Shown here: piece by piece, positions 48,344 through 59,800 of the stretch
How positions within the stretch are numbered: position 1 is the stretch's first letter
How the letters are laid out: each line of letters begins with the position of its first letter
From: Prorocentrum cordatum
Lineage: Eukaryota
Direction of reading: 5' to 3'
DNA: 64,000 bases
Assembly: GCA_963575745.1 (NCBI GenBank)
Contig: CAUYUJ010000042.1
Coordinates: 1 to 64,000 of the forward strand
Position numbers and translations under genes: made by a program
Notes under the pieces: generated by a model
What the model saw: the letters and a program-made list of their open reading frames with translations, nothing else
What the model was told of the DNA's origin: nothing
The model's database searches: none

Positions 48344-51163
48344 GTCCGCCACGCGCAGAGGGGGAGCAGTGGCGAAGCGTCCTGGCGTGCCTATAGGCCT
48401 GCCAAACAATGCTCTAAGAACCTGATGTGGTCTCCACGAAACGTTCTTAGAAGATTTCTGGCTGGGACTGTCTTGCTTCAACACACCGGGCGTATGTTCT
48501 AAGAACGCTGCTTTCGTTTTGGGAACATGTTGGGTTCTAAGAACATGTCGCTGTAGGCCTATAGGCCTATAGGAATGCCGGAACGGTCGGTCCCTGCTCA
48601 AAGAGGGGGACACAGGTTATGATGGTCCAATCTACTTTAAGTCGGGCCTGTCCCTTTTACAGGAGGAACATTCAGAAATTGACAAGCAAATCGTTTGGGG
48701 ACGATTTTATAATTTTTTCGATTCTTTTGGAATATTGTTCGAGTATTGTTATTTTTTGGCTCAGAATCCGCCTGTAGGGCTTCTGTAGGGAGATTTGCCC
48801 AATCTAAACCTACTTTAGCCTTGACCACCAGAAACAATTTCGAGCACCAGGAAAGGACCGAGACTGAAGGGTTTTCATGTGTGGGGCCCTGGGAGGCGAT
48901 ACTATTTCGACACCGTTTCGATACTTTTCTGGGTGCTCGAAATTATTTCTGGGATGTGGTCGGCCACGCGCAGAGGGGGGTAGGGGTAGGGGGTGGAGGC
49001 TTATTAGAAGCACCCCGCCTTACCTATAGAAGCAAGGCCCGCGCCTTCTAAGGAACAGCCTGCTTCTAAGAAGCCTTCCCCCCTCCCCCTACCCCCTTGT
49101 GCGCGCCGCCAAGTAGGGTTAAGTCGGGCATGTGCCTCTACAGGAGGAATTTCCAAAAGCAGTCAAGAACTAGTCTGGGGACGAGATTTCTAGTATGTTT
49201 GACCATTTGAGGCATTTTGGGGCTATGTTTAATTGTTCTTCCAACATCTCCCGATAGGAGGACTTGCCCGACCTAAGCATAGGGGGGGAGGGAAGGCCAG
49301 GGAAGGCATCTTAGATCGAGAAAGAGAAACACCATAAACATAATCTTGTTGCGCTCCGCGCAGATTTCTTGGATCCGCGCTGAGACCCCCCTGGCGGCGC
49401 CTCTGGCGCCGCCCCTGGCGCGCTCCGCGCGCCAGGGAGGGGGGTCCAGCGCGGATCCAAGAAATCTGCTCGGAGCGCAAACAAAGTATGTATCTGCCGT
49501 GTTTCCTTCTTCGATTTTCGAAGGAGGCCGCTCTTGAGAAGGCGCGGGCCTTGTCTAAAGATGTGGGGTCAGCGCCTTCTCAGAGGCGGCCTCCTTCTGT
49601 GAAGCCTCCCCCCCTCGCCCCAATTTTCAGGAGGGGAGAATAACACACAGGCGCAGTTCATCGTGGACCCCCAGGCAGAACTATGGGAACATGTGGGAAG
49701 TAGTGGGGGGGACGATGACAGCCAAGAAAACGTTGGAAAATTGGGGGAGCCCAGGGATTCCGTGCACTTTATTTGTGTTTCCCTGGGGGCGCCTTTCTAT
49801 ACTCGTGCCCCCTCGCGCGCGCCGCCACCCCAGACCCCCGACGTCATGATTTTTTCACGACGTCGACCCCGAGAAGAGGTAAGGGACCCATTCCCTGGGA
49901 CCGGCTTTTCATCCTGAGGAGGAGGAGGAGGAGGAGGAGGGAGGAGGAGGAGGAGGAGGGAGGAGGAGGAGGGAGGAGGAGGAGGAGGGGGAGAAGGAGG
50001 AGGGAGGAGGAGGAGGGAGGAGGAGGAGGAGGAGGAGGAGGAGGAGGAGGAGGAGGAGGAGGAGGAGGAGGAGGAGGAGGAGGAGGAGGAGGAGGAGGAG
50101 AGGAGCTGCCAGCTCCTGGCTCCTCGCGCGCGCGCAGGGCCCGAGGCCCGGTAGGGGCCCCCCGAGGCCGGAAACAGCGAAGAACCTCCCGTCGTGACGT
50201 TTTCCTGGCTCGAGGGGGGGTCTGGGGCGCCAGGCGCGGGCCGCGGCGGAGCGGCGGCGCCGGGCCCGGCTCAACCCGCAGGCGCTCAAGGGGCTGACCG
50301 GCGGAGGCGAGGAGGGGGCGGGCAGGCGCCCGGCCGAGGGAGCCGGATGGTGCCGGGTGCGGCCGGTGGGCAGCGGACGTCCTGGGGCCCCCGGGTGGGG
50401 CTTCTGGTGTTCGGTCGGGCCTGTCCCTCTACAGGAGGAATAGGGAAAACAGCAAAAATAGTACGGGGATTATTTTTCAATATTTGTTAAGCATTTTTTG
50501 AATATTATATATACACACGCTATTTTTCATTTTGCGTCCAGAACCCCCCTGTAGGGGGACAACAGGCCCGACCTGATTCTTGTGGGAGGTTTCTGGTGGA
50601 CCGGCCTCCAGAAAGGGCCTTGCTCTCGAGGATCGGATGAGTTGTCCGCTCTTCCGCGGCGGAAGGTCGGCGGAAATAAGACGAGGCCGCCCCCGCCGGC
50701 GGAAGCCGGCGGAAGCTCGGTGGAAAGCGGCGGACGCAAAACATGCGCCCCCAAGAGATGAACACGTTTTTGGGTACAGGGTTTTCGGAATCGGGCCAGT
50801 GTTAGCTAGGGTTAAGTCGGGCCTGTCCTTCTACAGGAGGAATATTCAAAAATAGTCAAAACATAGTCAGGGGATGATGCTTCGATTATGTTTGACCATT
50901 TGGGTGGCATGTCTTGAGTATTTTCAAATGTTCGTCCAAAATCCGCCTGTAGGGGGACAGGCCCGACCTAACACTAACAACACGATGAAGACGAGGCCTC
51001 ACTGAGGTCCCCGTCTTCGCATTGGGGACGATCTATCTGGGCGGTTTGGTCTGACACGTCTGCAGAGCAGACCCCTTGTCCCGAATGGTCTTGGTCCTCC
51101 CAGCTCAGGTCCCCTCCCAGAGGGTTATGGGGATCTGTTTGGTTCATCCTGATGATGTTCCAA

Positions 51164-51350
51164 CCTACTTTAGCTTTGATCACCAGAAAGAATTTCGAGC
51201 ACCAAAAAAAAAACACACACACACCAAACTCGAGGTTTTTCACGCGTCGGGCCCTGGGAGACACTCGCCCGACACTGTTTCGACATTCTTTCGACACTTT
51301 TCCGGGTGCTCGAAATTATTTCTGGGATGTGGTCCTTAAGCTTTAAGTAG
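51164..51350. mobile_element. TIR element (CCTACTTTAGC...AATTTCGAGCACC); interrupted copy at 48809-49117
   Basis: cctactttagc..aatttcgagcacc ... ggtgctcgaaatt..ctttaagtagg. Confidence 0.75.
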
Positions 51351-52045
51351 GATGGGAACAACATAAGTTCATCTTTGGATGCCAGATTCTGTCGGTGGCG
51401 ATCGATCGCGGCCGATCGGCAGTCCAGATGGCCCGCCACCGATTTCGCCCGATTCCCAACTCGGCCGCGACCGGAAAAACACTTCTGGCATCCAGCGATC
51501 TGGGAGGGGCGGGAATGGCACACGTGTTGGCCAGGGAGCGGTGAAGACGCGTGGGCGATCGGAGCCCCTTGCGGCCAGGAACCTTTTGGAGAGCGTGTCG
51601 CTCCGCAGGAGATCGAGGAGGAGGAGGAGGAGGAGGAGGAGGAGGAGGAGGAGGAGGAAAGAAGGAAAAGGAGGAGGAGGAGGTGGAGGTGGAGGGGGGA
51701 GGGGAGGGGGAGGGGGGAGGAGGGGGAGGAGGGGGAGGAGGGGGAGGGGGAGGCGGGGAGGAGGGGGAGGAGGGGGGAGGAGGGGGAGGAGGAGGAGGGG
51801 GAGGGGAGGAGGAGGAGGAGGAGGAGGAGGAGGAGGAGGAGGAGGAGGAGGAGGAGGAGGAGGAGGAGGAGGAGGAGGAGGAGGACCCACCGCGCTTCGC
51901 CGCGTCACGCCATCTACGTCCCAGTCCCAGAGCGCCAACGTCCCGAGCCTTTCCCGGCTTCCTGGCCCGCTGGGCGGAGCGACACGCGAATGACCCACTC
52001 GCATGGCGCACAGCGGGTCGCCGAGGCCGCGGCCGCGGCGCGCTG

Positions 52046-52554
52046 CAGCCAACCCGCAGTGCAAGGATGGGCAACCCTCCCAAGGACACCCCTTGCGTCC
52101 TTGCCCCCTCGTTCCACCCCTAGCGGCCTTTGCTGGCCCACCTCGCTCGAAGAAACGGGAACATGGTCCTCCAAGGTCCTTGCATCCTCGCAGGTCAAGC
52201 CGCATAGCAAGGACGGGCAACCTTCCCGAGGTTACCCTTGCATCCTTCCCCTTCAGCCCACCCTTCGCGACTTTCGCTGGCCAACCCAGTTGGAAAAAAC
52301 GTTAGCATGGCCCTCCAAGGCCCTTGCGTCCTTGACGCGCATCCGTACGGGAGGTTCGTGTCGTGTCGACGCGGCGACGACCCCAGCGGGGGCATGCCAG
52401 GTTGAATGCCGGCAGTCGCTCAGAATCGGCCAACCTGGAAGGATTTGGCGATGGAGTAACCGCCGATCGTTTCAGCTTGCCCGATGCACGGGGTTTCGGG
52501 AACCAACGCCGGGGTCGACACGGCACGGACATGCCGCACTGTGCGGGTTGACTG
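52046..52554. mobile_element. MITE family B, compound or nested copy
   Basis: Two internal units, then gcgggttgactg-ta. Confidence 0.7.
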
Positions 52555-52599
52555 TAGGCAGAATTTCCGACCGCACGTGTGAGTGCCCCCCCGGGCGAG

Positions 52600-52676
52600 C
52601 CGCCCCTTCTGCGGCCGCCGAGCTGACGTTCGGCCAGCAGCAGGACGTGGCCGCGCAGCTCCGCCACCGGGCCTGA
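52600..52676 (+). CDS. Possible terminal exon (AELTFGQQQDVAAQLRHRA*)
   Basis: Short GC3-rich stretch ending in TGA; linkage to the upstream exons is inferred only. Confidence 0.3.
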
Positions 52677-53988
52677 CGCGCGCTGCAGCGGTCGGTGGCC
52701 TCGAGACGGGGGTTCAGTGCAGGCGGGGGTCAGTCAGAGCGCGAGACCTTGCAGGATCCTGCAGAGCCAGGGTCGCAGTGACACGGGCTTCGGTGCAGGA
52801 TCCTGCAGGATCTTGCAGGATCATGCAGGGCCTGACTGACCCGTGTTTGGATTGACCCGGGCCAGTGGATCCCCGAAGCGGCCGCGGGACACCCACTGGC
52901 GCCAGTGGCCCGCAGGGCTCGGCGAGACACCCGAATGCAGCGCCAGAAATCTTCGGAGGAGCCGCGCGTGAAGTCGGGGAACCAAAGATGGCATGATCAT
53001 GAATTCCAGACGCGTCGCATATACAAAGGCATCCCAAAGGATTTCTTCTTGCGCGGCGCGCGACGCGCCGCGAATTTTTGTTTGTTTGATTTGTGCGAGG
53101 TGCTAAAGCTATCGCTCTGCGAAAACGACCCTCTGAAAATATCAAATATTGGTGCGGTGCTAACGATAACCCCGGTGGGGTTTTTAAAAGCTTCATGAGG
53201 TTAACCATACGAGCCCATCCAAAAACGATACCCGATCGAGTTGACCTGATCAGGGGTGTGGAGGAGCATGCAGTGGACAAAGAGGCGGTAAGCCGTCATT
53301 CCCCAAGAGGAAATCGGAGGATGGATGAAGCATCGGAGGAGGAGCATGAGGAGGAGGCGGAGGAGGAGGAGGAGGAGGAGGAGAAAAGGAAGGAGGAAAA
53401 GGAGGAGGAGGAGGAGGAGGAGGAGGAGGAGGAGGGAGGGGGGGAGGATGGGGGAAGGAGGGAGCAGGAGGAGTAATAAACGGAGGAAGAGGAGCAGAAG
53501 GAAGAGGAGGATGAGGGCTAGCAGAAAGGCCAGATGAATTTCGGATGCCTTTCGGAGTCTCTTCGGATATCTTTCGAGAGCTTCTTGGAGGCATCTTGGG
53601 GCGTCTTGGTAGTCTCTTGGCAGTCTTGGGAACCTCTTGGGGCGTCTTGGGTGCATCTAGGGGGCCTCTTGGGGCCTCTTGGGGGTCTCCTGGGAGCATC
53701 TTGCAGGCATCCTGGGTGCATCAGGGGAGCCTGCGGGGAGCCTCTCGGGGCCGCCTGGGCACCTCTTGGAGCCGTCTTGGGGCGCCCTGGGCAGCCTCGG
53801 GGGCATCTTAGAGGTCTCCTAGGGCCTCCTGGGCAGCTCTTGAGGCCACCTTAGGGCACCCTTGGGAGCCTTGGGGGCCATCTTCGGGCCATCTTGGAGG
53901 TGATCGATAAAAAAGCGGGAGGTTCCAGTCAGGGTCCCCTCAGGAGGCCAACATGTGGCCACAACCTTCGTGAACACAATTATTATGT

Positions 53989-55490
53989 TGCACAGGGTGT
54001 CTAGAGCTCCGTCGACTTTATTTCGGCACGATACGGGTCGATGCAGCCCCTAGGCGCCCACCTCCCAGCGCGCCCCCTCCGCATCCACTTTCTAAAGCAG
54101 CCTTGCCGAAGCAGCCCCTCGGCCCTCCGCATCACTCCCCCTCCGGCCAGCGCAGCCAGCCCGCCAGCCAGCGCGCCCCCTCGGCACCGGCCCCGCCAGC
54201 CAGCGCGCCCCCGGCACCAGTCCCGCCAGCCAGCGCGCCCCGTCCGCCCCGAACGCTTGATTTCGGCACGGCACCAGTCCCACCAGCCAGCGCGCCCCCG
54301 TCCGCCCGACCGCTTTATTTCGGCACGGCACTGGTCTCACCAGCCAGCCCCCTCCGCCCCGACCGCTTCATTTCGGCACGGCACCTGTTCCACCAGCCAG
54401 CGCCCCTCCGCCATCAGCCAGCGCAGCCAGCCCACCAGCCAGCGCTCCCCCTCCGCCCCGACCCTTTTATTTCGGCACGGCACCGCCCCCCCCCACCCCC
54501 CGCGCAGCCAGCCCCTCCGCCTCGACCCCAGCGCGCCCCCTCTGCCCCGACTTCCAGCGCGCACCCTCACGCCCCAGGCCCCCACCTTCCAGCGCGCTCC
54601 CTCTGCATTCACTTTCTGAAGCAGCCGTGCCGAAGCAGCCCCTCGGCCCTCCGCATCCCCACCCAGCCAGCCAGCGCAACCAGCCTGCCAGCCCGCGCGC
54701 CCCCTCGGCACCGGTCCGACTAGCTAGCGCGCCCCCTCCGCTCCGACCGCTCTATTTCGGCACGGCACCGGTCCCACCACTCAGCGCGCCCCCTCCGCCC
54801 CGACTCTTTTATTTCGGCACGGCACGGGTCCCGCCAGACAGCGCGCCCCCTCCGCCCTGATTAATTTATTTCGGCGCAGCCCCCGTCCCACCAGCCAGCG
54901 CGCCTCCTCCACCAGCCGGGGCAGCCAGCCCACCCGCCAGCGCACCTTCTCCGCTTCGATTTTTTTATTTCGGCACGACACCGCCCCCCCCGCACCCCCT
55001 GCGCAGCCAGCCCCTCCGCCCGGATTTCTCCCCGACGACTTCTCTATTTCGGCACGACACCGCGCCCCCCCCACGCCCCCCCCGCGCAGCCATTCCTTCT
55101 GCCTCGACCCCAGCGCGGGCCTTCCGCCCCGATCGCTCTATTCTCTTGCACAGGGTGTCTAGAGCTCCGACCACTGTATTTCGGCACTGCACCACCTCCA
55201 TCACCCACCCATTCCACCAGCCAGCGCGCCCCCATCCCCCCCACCCCATCCCCCCACCCACCAGCCAGCGCGCCCCCTCCGCCCCGGCACGCCCCCCCCC
55301 CCACCCCATCCCAGCGCGCCCTCCGCATCCCCCCCACCGCCAGCCAGCGCGCCCCCTCCGCCCCAACCCCTTATTTCAACACGCCCCCCCCCCCCCACCC
55401 ACCCAGACAACCATCCCCCCACCCACCAGCCAGCGCGCCCCTTCCGCCCCGACCTTTGTATTTCGGCACGGCACCCCCCCATCCCGCGCG
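53989..55490. repeat. Modular C-rich satellite (tatttcggcacggcacc / cagccagcgcgccccctccgccc); header tgcacagggtgtctagagctccg at 53989 and 55148
   Basis: More than 15 recurrences of the modules. Confidence 0.85.
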
Positions 55491-55849
55491 GCTTCTGCGG
55501 GGGGGTGGTCCTCTGGGAGGTTTTTTTTCGCCGTCGTCGTCGTCGTTGGAGGAGGAGGAGGAGGAGGAGGAGGAGGAGGAGGAGGAGGAGGAGGAGGTGG
55601 AGGAGGAGGAGGAGGAGGAGGAGAAAGAGGAGGAGTAGGAGGAGGAGGGGGAAGTTGGAGGAGGGATCCCTTGGAGACCGGATGCCCCCCTCATCCTCCC
55701 CCCTTCATCGCCACCTCCCCCTCCCCAATCCGCTCTGGTTCCGCCTCTGGCGCCCGCGTCCGTCTCTCCGACAGACCCCGTCCATGGCTTCGCTAAATGA
55801 GCGACCAGCTGGCCTCTTGTTTGCGTTCGCACCTTGTTTGCTGAGGCTA

Positions 55850-56353
55850 CAGTCGGGGCGCTGAAGAAGGATCCCATTTCGTTGGGGAGGGGCTCGGTGA
55901 TTCTTGATTGTTTTACAGCTTCCCTTAGGTTTTCCTGGGGTTTCCCGTGGGCAGTCGAGGCTTCACTCAGGGGGCCTCGTTCATTATTTATCTAGGCCTT
56001 CTAGATGGGGTCGGAGTGGATGTGGTCGGAGGATCGCGCCGCACCGCCGATGCATCGCCGATGCGGCTCGATGCGGAACGGAGCCCGATTTCCTTCGCGC
56101 CGGCCTCGCCTAGGCACCGCCGCTTTTTTGCCGATACATCCCCGATACATCGCCGATGCATCGCCGGTGTACCGTCGATGCGGTGCGACCCTCCGATCCC
56201 ATCTGCTCTGACCTTCGCTTTCTTTCGGCCCCTCGGGCCCTCCCGTCGCGCGTCGGCTACGCGCAGGAGTTATTGTTCTGACGATGACCCGAGGATGAAT
56301 CAAAAAAATAGGAGGCCTCTAATTTAGGGTTCTTGAGATCAGCGCCCCGTCGG
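55850..56353. mobile_element. MITE family A copy with an internal (gcatcgccgat)-rich insertion
   Basis: ta-cagtcggggcgctga ... tcagcgccccgtcgg. Confidence 0.7.
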
Positions 56354-56489
56354 TGCGGCCCTCACGCCGTCTGTGCACGGGCGGGCTCCTGGGCTCCCTG
56401 GCGGAGCGCGCACGACTCTGGCGCTCGTCTCGCCTCTCGCCTCCCCCCTCCGCTGTACTCCCCTCGACCCTTACATCCCCCCCCCCCTC

Positions 56490-56828
56490 TGTGAAGCGAA
56501 GCTTCACAGGGTCAAATACACCTCTTCCTTCGAGCTGCTCTCGACGTAGCTCGATACGATCCTCTTTTCCTTGCAGCGCCGCCTGCACCGCAACAGTACT
56601 TGCCACCAGTGCTGTATCTGTGCACGGAGTGTGTGGAGAGGGAGAGGTGTGTGGTATTGGGCTCGATTGAATAGAAGGTAGGAGAAAGACGGGGGGCCTC
56701 TGATGGCCCCCGGGACCCTGCTGGCCCCGCAATGAAGGCCTGCAGCCAAATGGCTATGGATGGAGCGAACATTAAACACGATCCAAGATCGAAAGATCGA
56801 CACCGACCCTAAAATATCTTCGCTCACA
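56490..56828 (-). repeat. Putative Copia-B 3' LTR (339 bp)
   Basis: TG...CA with inverted termini tgtgagcgaag / cttcgcttcaca, just downstream of the RNase H stop; partner LTR not in the window. Confidence 0.7.
56740..56760 (-). promoter_or_regulatory. DinoSL-like 21-mer within the Copia-B LTR
   Basis: TCCATAGCCATTT-GGCTGCAG vs TCCGTAGCCATTTTGGCTCAAG: 18/22 with one gap. Confidence 0.75.
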
Positions 56829-56868
56829 TCCATAGGCTGGCAGCCAACGAGTAGCAGAGACAGAAAAT

Positions 56869-59800
56869 TCAGTCCTTCGGAGACTCTTCAAGGCTACCCC
56901 AAAGGTCTGGACGGAAATCTAGCTCGGTCACGGACTCTAGAGCAGATATCCCTTGACCTTTCCGCCTCTTAGCGGACTCGAACATTTGGTCGTACACTAA
57001 ACGCCATCGACAGCCGTTACTGAAAAACAAATCTAATTGCCAACGTTCATGGCCTTTAGTCAGGCTGTTCGCTAGCATAGCATCACTGTGAACCCATCTA
57101 ACTGGACACGCACATGCCTCGATGCCGTTTCTAAGTGCTAGAAGTTCGAGACCCGTTCTGAACTCTTTGCCTCCCATGAGCTTCTCGGGGCAATCTGTCG
57201 TACAGGTTTTTCGAGTCTGTGACCAGACACCCAGGAACTCGTCGAACTTGGGCCCAGGGATCTCGAAGGTCTGGTCGCCACCCCGAAAGTTCCGAAAGCA
57301 GAAACCTGACAAACGTGAGCTCATCCTCTGTATTTACTGTAGCTGATACCTCGGCAGCGGGTGGGGATCGACATGTCCGTTCAACCTTCCCAGAACGCCA
57401 ACTGATCAGTGAAACCCCGGTCTCGATCCCTTCCAGAAACGACTCCGGGACGATCCCAAGAACTCGGCCTTCTGTGGATTTTCCATCAACTCGATTAGCA
57501 AATGCAGCATCACCCCAGCCTATGACCGCCAACGATTCCTTCTCGGGAAACGAAAACACCTCCAAGAATCTGTTGTTACCCTCTTTGGCTCTCTTGATCA
57601 ACTTATTTATCTTCAGGAGGTCCTCTACGGTGCACGACTCTGTCTTGCTCTGCAACAGACTCAGCTCTGCTAGGATGTCTGGCCCGGTCTGCGTACCTTT
57701 CCACTGGAGACTACCGGTGGCCGCTCTGAACTGACTCTTTTCTGATGATGTGACGGGCGACGATGGCTGTCGCCTCCGGTCAGGAGGCACCTCGATCTCC
57801 ACGATCTGCTCCAGGTAGGTCTTCTGATCCAGCCTGAAGCTGTAGTCCTCGCGCTGGTGGATGTCCACCCCGCACTGCGTGAACTTGCCGTACTCCCACT
57901 CGGTCCATCGGAAAGCGTCCATGATCGACTTCTTGGCATGAGCCCACACATCATCTCCGTCACGACCTGCGAATAGAAAATCATCAACATGAGATAGCGC
58001 CATCCCGATGATGTACTCAGGCTGGCCCTCAGAGATGAACCGCGTCAGGATCCACACGCACGGATCTGACTCTAGTTGTCGCCAACCCAGCTCTTGCAAC
58101 TTCTTGTTCACTGCTTGGTGCCACGCCCGAGGAGCCTGCACCAGGCCGTACGCTGACTTCTTAAGGATAGCTACTTGTCCGGGTCGAAGGCCAAGAAACT
58201 CCGCGATATCTCCGGTCGGTCTAACAAATAGGTCACGATCCAACTCTTCACCCTGGAGAAACGCCGACTTGACATCGCCCTTGGCCACCCGCATTCGTAG
58301 ATGTGCCGCCTTCTGAAGGAAAACCTGCCGGGCTGTCCTTGTGGCTGTTGGGGCATATGATTCCTCGGTGGTCAGGTCTGGGTCCTGATAGCCTAGGATA
58401 ACCAGACGAGCCTTTGCTTTTCGTCCGCCAGGTTCAGATGGATATATCTTCCACGTCAGGACCCACCGAAGCCGCATGAGGCGATCGGCTGGCACCCGTA
58501 CATGATCGGGCAAAGCCTCCAGGACCAGCTCCTTGATCCACTCCTGGGCCTCCTTGGACTTGGCTTTCTTGAACTTCTCCAGGTCGTCAGCCGACAAGGA
58601 TCGTTCTCGTACCTCAGCTCTCTGTCGCCGCAGTTGAGTGGCCACGAAAGCTCCAAAGTCTCGCACTGCTGTGCAAGCCTTAGCTCCTTCCGGAAGAGTA
58701 ATCTCGATCTCGACGGCGCTATCTTCCTTGGCCCAGAAACAAGACTCGGACTCACTCTCAACCAGCAATGCACTCTGCTCCTTCTCGTCCTTCGCCAACT
58801 GCCTGGCTGACTTGTCCTTGCCATAGTCGCCGACTGCCGATGAGGAGGCCGGTAGACCTTCCCAGGCATATGGGGAAATCCTCGTCGAAGGAGTCCTCGA
58901 CTTGTTTGGTGGCCTCGCCGGTGTCGCTGGAAAAGTCCCTGCCATGTCTGAAGAGGCAGACCTAGGGGTATTGCCGTCCGTCTTCAGGGCTTTCGAACGC
59001 TGCTCATGCTCTTCAGGACTCCGCTTGCCACGCAGTCGAGAACGCAGTGGTGGGTCTTCTTCCATAACCGTAGGCAGAGGAGGCACCCCTGAGGCCTCAT
59101 CGTAGTCACGATCAGAAGGTATGAGACGCTCGTCCTCCGCCAGATCCTCGAACTGGCCTGGTCTCAGGTTGCTCGTGAGTTGGTTGAATGTCCACGGCAG
59201 TTCGGTTCCATGCAGTATGTCATGCTCGGCAATCTCCCGATCCGAGGCGTCTCGCAGCTGACACGGATCACACCTGATGAGCCTCCCGCACGCGTTGAGC
59301 CACACTCTCGGTCGAGCTTGAGCTTCACCGTGCCGGTGGACAGTCTCGCTCGCCAGCACGCGCGCGGGTCCGTAGAAACGTCCAGTCATAGAGCTGCTCT
59401 TCGGATTCCTGAAGTAGTAGACCAGGGTGCCGGGCGTGTAGACTCGAAGGCGTCGAGACCTGGCATGTGCTGCACGCCTAGCTCGCTCGCCATAGATCCA
59501 CCTCAAAAGCTCCTCCTGAGCCTTCCTCATGAGCTGGAAATTGTTCCCGAACTCTGTGTCTACGGCCTCTGATTCCAGGGCTGGAAGGTTGATCGGGTCA
59601 CCCGGAACGTCGACAAACGCACCATCTAGATCTGGCGCTCGTCCCAGTGCTACTTGTAGAGGCGAGAAACCCCGGTGTCGGTCGAACTCGTTGTACGCGG
59701 CCATAGCCCTGGCCAGGTACTCTTCGCATGATCTCCCAGGATGCTCCTTCGCCAACACCGTCATGGTGTCCTTGATGAGGCTGATGAGCCTCTCGACCCC

